From Adineta vaga (taxonomy: Eukaryota > Animalia > Rotifera): a DNA stretch of 64,000 bases. The DNA is taken from positions 2,046,001 to 2,110,000 of the forward strand of contig CP075497.1 in NCBI GenBank assembly GCA_021613535.1. Reading direction: 5' to 3'. The position numbers and the translations under genes were made by a program. The notes beneath the pieces are model-generated. The model saw only the letters and a program-made list of their open reading frames with translations, had not been told where the DNA came from and ran no database searches. The stretch's first letter is position 1; every line of letters begins with the position of its first letter. This document shows positions 25,712 to 38,103 of the stretch, piece by piece.

Positions 25712-26905
25712 CTACAATATCACCCTGTTTCCTAAATCAGTTCCAATGTATCCTGCTACCATGAGGTCGATTCCATTGTGCCGGAGATCTAGTCTCATGA
25801 GTGTCTACACACGAGAGATAGCATGGATGTGTCAATTAGGTAAACACCGAATGAGTATTACTGTGTTTGTTCGCAAGGCATCACCAATATGCTGTGCTCC
25901 TTGATCAGCGATTTGATTTCCCCGGAGATCCAGTGTGGTTAGCGTCTATAGATGAAAGAGAGAGCGGGAATGTGTCAATGGGGGAAGAGCGAATGAATAT
26001 TACTGCGTTTGTACGCAAGGCATCACCAATATGTAGGGCTCCTTCGTGTCCGATGTGGTTGTCCGAGAGATCTAGTGTGGTGAGTGTCAATGTATATAAT
26101 ATTCCTTTCGAAAATGTGGTAAGGGAACGGCGACTTTTCAGTAAGGTTTATCAATTAGATATAGCATTACAGAAGAGTTTTGGCGGTGGTGTGTGAAAGA
26201 TCTCAGAAAGTGCTTGGTTTGTTTTGATCGGTTGAAAAGAAAAATCGTTGCTTGTCTGATGATTAGTGAGTTTATGTTCGAATTGTCGGATGAGTAGGGT
26301 GAGCACTGTACTGAAGGTAATGATAGTTGCTTATTTCGAATGGTTTGGGATTTATTTTTCAGTTGGTGTGCAAGGGATAGTATTGAGTCGTGGCACAACT
26401 TAAAATAGTTCGCTTTTTTTTATTCGGTGTGGTGCAAAGATAGTTGTAGCATTTTTTAAGAATTTCAAGAGAGATATTTGTTTGAAACAGGAAAGGTGTT
26501 TTATTATTCTGTAGTTTTATGCTTGTGCGGCACATGAGTGCACGTTTAATAAGATGCATATTCTATGGACATGGATAGAAAAGAACAGATGAAAGGTAGG
26601 GTTGTTTTTAATAACATAAGTCAATGTTGTGGTTGATTCAATCGTAGAAATAGGTTCGAATTTGTGAAATCTTCTTTTTCTTTGAATAAACTGTTTATGT
26701 TAGATGTTACGAGGGTCATGTGTGCTTGAACAGACGAGAAAATAGTCAAAGCACTCAGCAAACTTACTTGATATCGATGATAAATGTTAAGGATTTGATT
26801 AAAACGTTGGGAAACATTTTGCATTGAACCAAATAGTGTAAAATCGGTGAGATGATCGAAAATCCGGTAGACGAGTTCGATCGGTAATGTTGAAAATGTG
26901 CACAT
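25712..26905 (-). CDS. F-box plus NLRC3/RNI-like LRR protein; exons 26905-26768, (26087-26004), 25945-25862, 25804-25712
   Basis: LPIELVYRIFDHL F-box; 84-nt phase-0 exons each encoding TLTTLDL..N.I...GA.HIGDALRTN; the first LRR exon is preceded by TTG instead of AG. Confidence 0.7.
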
Positions 26906-28447
26906 AATCTCTTTAGAGTTCGAGAAGTTTCTTGAAAATATAAGCTATTCAATATATGTTGGTTGTTATGAAAAGATATTCGCTTTACTGAAAGTATTGA
27001 GTTTTTGTTATCAAAAGAAGAGAATGGAGTCTGACGATTTCAACCAAAGCGAATGGTTAGTTTATGCAGAAAGATGACGTTAATGTATGTGTTGAATGAA
27101 GTTTCATCTGCTGTGTATGATTATTAATGCCAGTACACTCGCAAGATACGTACTTTTCATCAGTAATTGTTTAGTTTCACAGGAGAATTCATTTTAGGAA
27201 AGGATATTTTTGCAGTTGATATTCAACAAAAGTTCGATCATAAATGCAAATCGTTGAGGGTAGATATCGATAGTCTTCTTTGCACATCCACATCCTCAGT
27301 TTATACAACATCATTCAATCGCATTTAATTATAAGCACCCTAGACGGTAAACATAGGAAACAGAAATCGAAGACAAAAGCGCGTATCTAGCTCGTACCGA
27401 AGGGTAAAGCAATATTTTTAGTCAATCTAATGGTCCTGAATTTTGATTGATCGATTTCATATTCCAAAAACCTTGTGTTCGTCGATTTCAGATTGGTTAA
27501 TTTGATCAACATCCATTTCTGATTAGTTATGAAACCTTGATGAAGATAGATGGGAAAACAGTTTTATGTTGTGTAGCCTTTAACTTTTGATTCTTGATCT
27601 TTCACATTGATCGTACGCACATCCTCAAGAATATTATAGAGAATAATAGTGTTTTTAATAAGATTACATCGCCATCGAAGCTGACAATAGTTCTTCAACG
27701 TCGTAATCATTCAAATGTAGGATTAAATAACAAGATGAAAATTGAATTCATTTCATCAAATCACGTAGTTGAACTAGTTGTTATAGAACGACGAAAAAGA
27801 GTGGTTCATATATCTCATAACTTTTGATTACCTGCTATATCAACATTGGTTTTGAAATCGACGAACGCCGTTTCCAAGCTTACTATGAATTTAATTTTAG
27901 AAAAACGTTATACATTTCAGTTTGTCATACATATGTATGAATGTTTCTTTATTATCATCCATCGTAGAATCTGACTATATTGTAGAATGAACCGATGTCG
28001 ATTGGTGAAAATTATTTTTTAATTCAAGGTGACTCAAATAGCAAAAAAAACTAATGCTAATCTATATGAAGTGGTTCTTGCAATAAAAATGTTTGTTATT
28101 CTACTGTTTGTCATCGATTTATAATGCATCTGTTGATATAAAAAAAAACGATTTTTTCTCCAATTCTGAAGTCTTCATGTTACTGCAAGACTAAGAAAAA
28201 AATGATAAAAAAACTTGTCCTCGTTATTTTGTTCTCACATTTATCATTTAACATTGTCATCATATTTTTTCACCGATTTATTCAAGTAATGTTAGACTGA
28301 TTACAATAAGTTACACAAAAAGAAGAAAAATAATTCTTTGAGATAAGAAAAAGGACTTTTAAAAGCAGAATTATTTCGCTATTCTCTAGTTATAATAGTT
28401 TCTTCAACTAATTTTACTTTACAAAATCCGCATTACAACCAAGGCTA

Positions 28448-30012
28448 ATGGCAAGTAGCAAATCAACATTAGTTTCAAAAAAGCAGATAGACGCCGTTGT
28501 CTTGACATTCATAAAATCCACAATGTTCTTCTTATATGGCTGGATATAAACATCGATGACAATAACAAGGATTGTTAAAATACCATGACACAACTTCAAC
28601 GTATAGTCAACGATCTGAATATCTATACAGATTGTGAGCGATGCATTGAATTCCTTAGAACCATCAAAGATCAAGGGAGTCTTTACAGAGATCAAGCCCA
28701 TCTATGATGCTCTCGAGCATGCAGCACAACATTGTGAACAAAATGCTGTACCAATGAGTTTCGTGGCATCAGGCAAAAGGTTCGATCAACTGGATACTTC
28801 TTACCTGTGCACTCAGATCCTCAAGGAGATCTTATTGACCATCAAATTCAACGGCACACATATTCAAGATTACGTCAACTACTGTCGCGAACTTTTCGTC
28901 GGTAACGATCAACAATTGGACAATGTGAAGTTATTGGAACGCAAATATCATCAGAAAACACCTATCTGGTGGTATACTTATCTCTGTTTCTTATGCAACA
29001 TGCTCAATAGTGGAATTCGAATGATAGATGGTGACATCATCACACGGATGAGTTTCTTTATTAATGATTTACATCGATATATTGAATTCGTGCGTCACGA
29101 ACAACATATTAATCATGTTTTCACAGTTTATCGTGGACAAGGATTATCAAAAACAGATTTTGAACAACTAAAGCAAACAAAAGGTAGACTCATGCCGTTT
29201 AATAACTACTTATCCACTAGCAAGAATAAAGATGTTTCACTTCGGTTTGCAAAACAAAATATTAATAATCCCGATTTGGTGGGAATTTTATTCGTAATGA
29301 CAATAGATCCAAAACAATCAACAACAGCATTTGCATCAATTCGTGACCTTAGTGCTATCTCGGATGAAGACGAAGTGCTGTTTTCAATGCACAGCGTGTT
29401 TCGAATTCAGGATATCCAACAAATGGGTGGAAGTAAGAAACTCTTCGAAGTGAGTTTGACATTGACCAACGATAACGACAAAGACTTACATGCATTGACT
29501 GAGCGCTTACGAAAAGACAGTTTTCCTCATTTGGGAGGATGGTACAGATTGGGTTTGGTATGGTTAAATTGAGTCAAAATAAGAAGGCTGAAGAGATTTA
29601 TGAAATACTACTTGATCAAAGACAATCAAGGAGAATATGAAGAGGCAATTAGATTCTATGAAAAATCACTTGCCATCTATGAGAAAACTCTTTCTCCTCA
29701 AGATCCTAAGTTGGCTATGTCTTACTGCAGCATTGGTTCTGTGTATTATAACACGAGCAACTACACAAAAGTACTTTCATATTATGAGAAAGACTTTGCA
29801 ATTCGGCAACAATCACTTCCTGCAAATCATCCTGATTTGGCTATATCTTACAACAATATCGGTTTGGTGTATGAAAACATGAAGAAATAATCAAAAGCCT
29901 GTTCGTTTCATGAGCGTGCTGTACAAATTACACAACAATCATTGTCTCTGAATCATCCTCATCGCCAAATATATGAAAGAAACTTATTGAACGCATGAAA
30001 AAGAAATTATAA
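28448..30012 (+). pseudogene. NAD:arginine ADP-ribosyltransferase - TPR family pseudogene
   Basis: NVLLIWLD N-terminus, R-S-E motifs (VYRGQ, STS, EDEVLF), kinesin-light-chain-like TPRs (HPDLAISYNNIG); in-frame stops near 28575 and 29888 and frameshifts near 28670 and 29560. Confidence 0.8.
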
Positions 30013-30444
30013 TTCGTATTTATTTTATTTTCTTGTAATATAGAGAAAACTATCGAAAATATCAATGACGCGTGTACAAAGAAACTCTGCTAAATTAAAT
30101 GGTTTAGTTGTGTTTCGACAAGAGAATTATTCATCTATGAAAAGACGAGGCGAACGACATAAATAGGGAAAAGAACACATTATTTTGAGTTTTTATCCGG
30201 CTATAGAGCACCCTTTGGATATCATCGTAGAAGTTTTCCGTGGTCGCAAAATCGATCGATCATTTTCATCTGTACAAGGATATTTTGAGGATGACCTCAG
30301 AGTTTAACCGGTATGAAACCAAAGCTATCAAGATAAGATAATCAATATTTTCTAAATAATAGTATAACGAAAATGTTAGACGGAAGTTCCTGTGAAAGAT
30401 ATAAAACAATCTAAGTTTATTTTCGAATTTTATGGTTTATGCAC

Positions 30445-30955
30445 CAGAGATGGGCACAGTTCGTTTCGGTTTTTAGCTAAATTAATCCAATTAAAAAAAG
30501 AAGTCTTTAGCGACACAGATATTTTACTAAGAATGTGGTGATTAAAACCCTATTTTTTTGAACTTGTTAAATAATGGAGAGGAGTTTTCTGATACAAAGG
30601 TCTTTTAATATGCAGAGAGATTGACTGCATCTTCTTCATCAAAATTATCTCGTTCTTATCAATCTATATCTGTGCAAATTATTACTTAGAACTCGAAACC
30701 TGATTAAAAAGCATTGGATGTTTGTTGGTGTGAAACATGAAGGATCTTATATTTGCCAATACTTTTGTATTCTCTCTAAAAAAAAACTCTCATAATATAG
30801 ATTCATATAAATATAATAGAGAGTAATGATTTAAAAAAAGATGAGCGAACTCAAAGATGAATTACATAGCTAAAGCTATCTGTAATGAAAAAGATGACTA
30901 ATTTTTTCGGTTCGGTTTAAATTTTGAAAAATCCAGTGAACCATGTCCACCTGTG
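30445..30955. mobile_element. degenerate non-autonomous DNA transposon with hAT-like TIRs
   Basis: left CAGAGATGGGCACAGTTC versus reverse complement of right end CACAGGTGGACATGGTTC; TTCGGTT subterminal motifs; no matching target-site duplication. Confidence 0.35.
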
Positions 30956-31159
30956 TTTTCTAGGCCATGATTTTAGCCCTGTATAACTGTTTCAGTTCCT
31001 CAAGACATCCCGTAGATGCCATACTGAGTCCAAAAGATATTTTTTTCGTTCTCTCGTTTTCTTAGAAGACGAATATCATTTGATATTCAACCAATTTATT
31101 ATCAGCAGTTTCTTCTTATTCAAAACAAATGATTACAACAAAAAAGAAAAAACAACTCT

Positions 31160-33288
31160 TTATTCAATGTCATCTAATGGATTCGTATTCAATTGAATTG
31201 GATTTGAAATAATAAAATTTGAAGATTCACTTGTGTAAAGATAAGGTAGCGTTAGTTTTGTTATTGTATCAAATTTCATGACAATATCCATTGATTTCTC
31301 TTTATTGAAATGTGTTAATTGTTCATAAGAATCTTCATTGAACATCGATCGCTTTCGGCGATGAAAGAGATTGAATATAACTATTCGTTGTTTACATGTT
31401 GCGATTAGATAAATACATATCAAGATAAAGCTCATTGCTGGCAATGTTAATACTAATGAAATAAATGATGAAGATTTATGTGAATAAATCGAATTTTGAT
31501 AACATTTTCCAGGTGAAATCGAAAGATTTTGATATTTTTCTATTTGATTACAACGAGAAATTTGTTTCTGGAATAAACATTTTCTTTCTTCATGTTCAAT
31601 TTCGTCAGGAGATAGGTGAAAATAACATAAGGGTGTTAAATCTTTTAACATTAATGGATTTAATATTCGATGAAGATGACGATATAAATAAAATATTGAA
31701 CATGAACATGATGTTTCTGGGATAAGTTTGACTGGAATATGTGATGGAATATCATGTATTCGACACAAATCTTCGTCGGTTAACATTCGATCGACAATTT
31801 CTAAACTTGTTAAGTTTAGATATCGTAGATAAAAATCGGATGAATTCACGATTTGAAATAAGAATTGACTATCATGATCTTTTGAAAAATAAAGAAAATC
31901 GATTGAATAGATTAGATGAATCAAATTACCTCTATGGACATTAACAAAAGCATTCGAATCCGTGTGTAGAATTCCAGTCGAATGAAAATAACCGATTCGC
32001 ATCATACTTGATCGTTGAATATCAAGATTCTCAATTGAGTTCGATTGAAAAATTAAATTTCTTCCATATTTTATCCAAATATCAATCAACGATCGTTCCC
32101 GTTGAGAGATATTTCTCATTGAATGATGCGAAAACTCCACATGCATGGAGTTTCGTAAAATAATCGATAATTTTGATTGAGTATGTTGACTAATATTTGA
32201 AAAGGTCGATGAATTCAAATAAATATTCTTTCCGTAATCAACTTCTAATTGAAATGAAGAATTCAGATCTTGTTTTATTGAAGTAAATGTTTCAGACGGA
32301 AAACAGAGATCATTTGTCATGTTGTACAGAGAAAATATTATCGAAGATTGGACTGAAATGAAAAAGAATCAATAGAAAAGCAGGAAATATGTTTGAAATT
32401 TACATTGGGTGATGAATGAGAATAAGAAATGATCAATGATTATATTTTGAAAGTTTGCGAAGATGAGATGAAAATGTGATTGATTGAATTGATGAAAATT
32501 TCGAAATGATTCAGAACCAATTGATGCCTGATGAAAATGATCGAAATGAATTTCGAATTGACTCAATTCTCTTTGGATTAGATGATTAAAACTTTGTTCT
32601 TTCAATGAAACATCAATCAAATTTGAGAAATACAATTCCATTTTTGAATAAGATGGAAGTGTCAACGTTCCTAATAGAAGAAAGGATTATCGAATCTTTC
32701 TATTTTGTTTTTGAATTTACCTGAATTAGATTGAAACTCAATGGTATGCTTGATAGAAAGTATAGAACATCGAAAAATACTTTTGAAACCATGTCTGATT
32801 CCATGAAATGCATATGGTTCGATTGTTAATAAAGATGATGTAACATTAACTATTTCGAGATGAAATTTCGATTTTGATTCAAGTTTGATTTGATCGAAAA
32901 GTTTTGAAGGAATACTTGATGATGAATATTCTGCTATTTGAATGACCAATGTGTGATCTTTCTTCAAAAGAATTTTTGAAAAAGTTTTAGATGAAATAGA
33001 ATCTATTTGAGCGAATTGTATTGTAAACGATTGATTACTTTCATAATCGAATAAATCATAATAACGAAAAGATTCTGCTGGTAAAATATTGACATCTTTA
33101 TTGAAGAGTATCGTTTTATAACGATAACACGTATAACAACGTTTTGGTAATGACGAACATTGAATTGAACTTTGTTTTAAATCACAAATACATCGATGAT
33201 CTTGAAGATCTTTATCATTTGAACAATAAGCATTAGTCATTGAAATACAATTGAAAGCAAAACCACAAGTTAACAATAAGAACAACAT
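31160..33288 (-). CDS. single-pass membrane protein with degenerate LRR ectodomain, about 4 exons
   Basis: signal peptide MLFLLLTCGFAF, Cys cap (CICD), repeats of the I...SF/AF..I type, CSCSIFYLY cap, hydrophobic TM segment followed by basic residues. Confidence 0.7.
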
Positions 33289-33833
33289 ACTTATAGGCGT
33301 AGATGTTCGTTTGTTCGATCGAACAGCTCGAGTGTTGAATACATATGTCTGTATATGAATAGACGCTCGTTTTTCTTTTCTACTAAACATTTTCATCATG
33401 AAACAAAGAAAGAGAAGAGAAGAAAAAAACATTCAACCAATTTATCTTCCTGTTCATTGCATCTCAGTTGATGACATGTACCAGTTTGAAAGTAAAGGCA
33501 ACAGATGAATTTACTCTTACTATTCTTGCATCGAAGTATCGATTTAAAATTAGAAGTTGCTTTTTTATAGTATCAATGAATGCTCTCTTATTTTGTCTGA
33601 TAGTATCACGTCGAGTATTCTTTATATATTGGTCCGGAATGGATTAGGATTTTGTTTTATCAATGATCTTGATATCATTTTGATCAATCGAAGGTTCATA
33701 ATTTTAGAAAATTGATCTTCATTTAACAGAATATCGAAATATTTTCAAGAACATTAAATAAAGAACTCTATGATCAATGAAAATCGTATTTTATTGTTGA
33801 TTTTTTTACGGATTAATACTAAAAATAAGGAAT

Positions 33834-35621
33834 TTATTTCCAATATCTTTTCAAAACTTGTTGACGTTCGATTTCCTCCGAAGTGGCACGTTTTAAAATA
33901 AAATCAAGTCGTTGAGCATCAACTTGATTGGGTTGATTTTTCACATGAACGTATTGAATTTCCTTTTTATATCCCAAACTATTCACTTCAATTGCATAAG
34001 ATCCATCCACAAGTAGACGATAATAATCTCCATCGATATCTATAAAAATCAATTTTAAAAATCAAATTTTCTTCTTCAAATTCCTTTCTTACTTGATTTA
34101 AGATCATGATCAATATAATTCCATTTATCATTCTTCAAATAATAAACTTTGATTCCTGCATTATGAATCTTCTCTCCTTCTTCATTTTGAATCAAACCTT
34201 TAATACCTATATGAACCTAAAGAAAAAAAACCAAAAAATCGAAATTCGTTCGAAAATATTTCGCTTACTTTCATCATGAAATCAATCAATGACTGTTGAT
34301 TATCATTCCAGAGTGATTTCAATGTATTTCCCGGTGGAAATTTGTCACAACCAAGTTCGAATGTTAATTCAAAACAATTACTTACTAAATAATTAAAATC
34401 TTGCATTCCACCGCATACAGGATACCTAAATGAAAGTTTATAAAAACGAATTGAATTCATTATTGACATTTTTACCATGCAGCACCATTGGTAATTCCAT
34501 GTTGAAAACCTTCCTTACTACAACTTTTTTCTGGTGATTGCATTCTTTTATGTGCAAAAGAATAGGTTTCAGCTAATTGTCTAAACGATTGCCGATAGAT
34601 TAGTAAAAATATGAGGAAGATATTTACCGAAATAAATCATCATCGGGTGAACCGGAATACTTTTTACGAGTATCTTCTGAAATGTCATAAGGATAATTAG
34701 CGACGAGATCACCATTATGTAAATTCGCGGATAAGACAAATGAATTTTCCATAATCCACGATGCAACTGAAATTGTTTCAATTTGATACTAGAAATAAAC
34801 GAAAAGAAGATTTGATATATAGAAATGAGTTTTATTTCTTACTGGCTTGCCCTTACAATCATTTCCTGATAATAATGAACGAAATGTTTCGGAATCTAAA
34901 TGATTATTCTTATGTTTTCGATGATGATTATAGGCATAGATAAATTTATCTAAATCAGGAAAATTGCGATTTAAATCAATCTCATTTGCATTTGCTCGTC
35001 CAATTGTCCAATGCTTTGCACCGTGTTCCTATGAAATCGAAATAATGACGAACTTTGACATGAAAATAGTTACTTTTAACATTGTCGAAATGTCGGCAAA
35101 ATCATGTTTTCCTTCATTCCATTCATGTTGAGCAGCAATTTCCCATCCATCTACAAGAGAAATGACGTATTTGATTGATAGTTTTTATTCAATACATTAC
35201 CTGGATTCATTGATGGCATAAGATGAATACGAGTATTGTCAATTAGATTTTGAATATTCTCATTTTTATTTTGATATTCTTCACAAAGATATTCCGCTAA
35301 TCGTAATAATAATTCCCGTCCAACAACTTCATTTCCATGCATATTTCCCACATATTTTAATTCCGGTTCGAGTGTTTCGTGAATTCTGGGATTATCAGAA
35401 AAGATAATGACACGTAATGGATGATTTTTATTCGATCGTAATGGTAAATCATAAATATATGTTATATCCGGACATTGTTTGTGAATTGAATCTAATGCAG
35501 CAAACATTTCCTCTGTATTATGATGATTTCCATATTCGCGAATTTTATTCCATTGATAAGCTTGGCAATAAGAAATGAGAGTAAGATATGTTAAAATAAG
35601 GAATTTTAAATAATAAAGCAT
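33834..35621 (-). CDS. CPE: M14B metallocarboxypeptidase (carboxypeptidase E/D-like), multi-exon
   Basis: signal peptide, [61 protein letters not shown], transthyretin-like tail. Confidence 0.88.
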
Positions 35622-36315
35622 TGTTTAGAATGTTTTTTTTTATGTCATATGATGTTGCTTTTTATCTACGTACAGTAACGATGATAAATAAGGAATGATT
35701 GTGAAAACTATTTTGCCGTTTGTTTAATAGAGAAAAAAGTAAATGGGAGAGGAAACCAATGAAAAATAACAACCATCGATAGGCAAATAATCATTCATGC
35801 GTTAAAAATATGCAAAGATAAATTTTGATGTAGGTTGAGGAGTGAATGCTTTTATTCCACGACGACATTAATGTAACTAGTTATATTTTTTGCTTGCTTG
35901 AAATAATATTTAGAAATAAAGGATTTTGACGATATTCCTTGAGATTTTGATTGGTTAAAATGTATTTTCACATTTCTACAACGAACTTTATCAGTTTAAT
36001 GATTCTTATCTGCAATAAAAGTCTAACAATTCGCTTTTGATAAGCATAATAATCAGATTGAAAAATAAAATCATGAAGTAACATATGATGTGTTTAATAA
36101 GCCGACTAATATTTATCTTAGAAAAAAAGGAGAAAATTATCACAATAAAATATTTATTTGACTAATCACACCTTTGATACTAAAAGAGAAATAACTCGAA
36201 GACTCATCCTTTTAAATTCACTTTAATTTACTATTCAATTATTATTAGCTGATAAATTTCTATAATCTTCTTTGAAATCTTATACTTTTCATTCATTTAT
36301 TATTTTTAGCATATG

Positions 36316-36441
36316 AAATAATTTGATGAAATCGAAATTCATGAAAGATGTATCATTGAGATATTCATCAGTACTTCAAAATTTTAGATAGAGATAAAAT
36401 ATATTTCTTTTTAACCTATCCAAATTCACAATAAAAATCTC
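36316..36441 (+). repeat. diverged direct repeat of about 125 bp, copy 1 (copy 2 at 37545-37669)
   Basis: AAATAATTTGAT..AAATCGAAATTCATGAA..CAAAATTTTAGATA..ATCCAAATTCACAATAAAAATCTC present in both copies. Confidence 0.85.
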
Positions 36442-37189
36442 GATCAATAGTTTTTATTTCTTCTGTTTATACAAGTCTCCAGTGTTTTCGGTATCGATTA
36501 TTCAATATGAATATATTTAAAAATCTACTACAACTTCATTATCTATCCCATATATCTTTACATCGAATAACAACTTATTATGAATTTTAAATATTAATTC
36601 CAATGAAACTAATTCTTGTGATCTATCAGTAGTTTTCCTAATGCTGTAAACTTGTACAAAATTTATAAATATCCCTTTCAAAATTTTATTTCATAAAGTA
36701 ATGATGTATAATGAAAAAAAAACTCAGTTGTGAGTTATCGTTCAATTGTTTGATCGAAGACTTTCTTTGTTGTAATTTTCTAAAAGTTAAGTTCAAAAAG
36801 TTCAAGAGATTTTCCCTAGTGTTCAATTTTTAAATAGTTTTATCGCAATTGCGCTACGATTCCATCGCAATTGAAAACATGGGTTGTTTTCAAAAATACT
36901 ACTTCTGATAGCTTCTTAATGAGATCATCGAGATTTTCAAAACTGATTGTTCCTGGCTTAGTTGGATCAGCTAAGTTGTCGATTACACGCTGTCCAGCTA
37001 ACACCTGAAAAACGGATATATAACTAGTGGAGTAGTGTAGAAATTGTTAATTCGATTCGAGTATTAAACTTCTTCAACTTCTAAAGTTTCAGTTTAGAAT
37101 TCGAATACTCGAATTCTAAACTATTCAACTTCTAAATTATGACAGCGCCGGTGTAGATGAAAGTGAGCGTTTAGATAAGTAGAGAGTGT

Positions 37190-37489
37190 TCAGTCCACAC
37201 CCACACCCACCCACACCCGAATTACACCGCCTCATCTCGTCTCGCCTCTATATGATGTAGTTTTTTTTATCAAGTGATAATCCTTCAAAGTTTTGTTATG
37301 AACATCGATCGACATATTCTATTTTTTTCATCAAAAATAGCACGCTCGATTTTCTCAATTCCAGCAAGTACAGTTAATGTCGAACGTCAGTTTAGTGCTG
37401 ATAGTTTAATAGTGAACTTAAGACATTGATTAAATCCACAACAAGTAAATAATGCTTTGTTTATTCGTTTAATAAAGGAAAATGCCTGA
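37190..37489 (+). mobile_element. hAT transposase C-terminal dimerisation-domain relic with an adjacent CCCACA array
   Basis: translates to DNPSKFCYEHRSTY../KIARSIFSIPASTVNVERQFSA..*LNPQQVNNALFIR with a frameshift and a stop. Confidence 0.75.
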
Positions 37490-37544
37490 CATAGTGACGA
37501 GTTGAATTTGTGACTAACTCGCGGATATCTGGTTTGAAGAAATA

Positions 37545-37669
37545 AAATAATTTGATAAAATCGAAATTCATGAAGAATATATCATTGAAATATTTATCAG
37601 TACCTCAAAATTTTAGATAAAGATAAAACAGAATCTTTTTAACATATCCAAATTCACAATAAAAATCTC
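37545..37669 (+). repeat. diverged direct repeat, copy 2
   Basis: matches 36316-36441. Confidence 0.85.
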
Positions 37670-38103
37670 AATGAACATCATCAATGAATAAGATTTTTCA
37701 CAGAAATCTTGGTTGATAATAATGATTTGTGTTCCACTTGGATCTGTCTTTGAAATGAAAGTATTTTGAACCAGGAATGTGTAATACAAGATCAAGTTAG
37801 TTTCTTATTCATAACTCTTCAATCATTTAGAAAATATCGATTTTGTTCACCTATGAGAAGAATCGTTATTTTGACAATTTATTAAAATTTATATAACTAG
37901 ATGTCAATTAACAAATTTGTAAAAGAAGAAGAAGAAAAATATATAATCGTTCAATTTTGATAAGCTCAAAAAAGAAATCAGTACTAACACACTGATTGAA
38001 ACAAAAATAAAAACAACAATAGAAATACAAATGAATTCTATACATTCATATATACTGTTTCTATGGAATGAATACCAAATGAAAATATCACATGAGATTT
38101 TAT

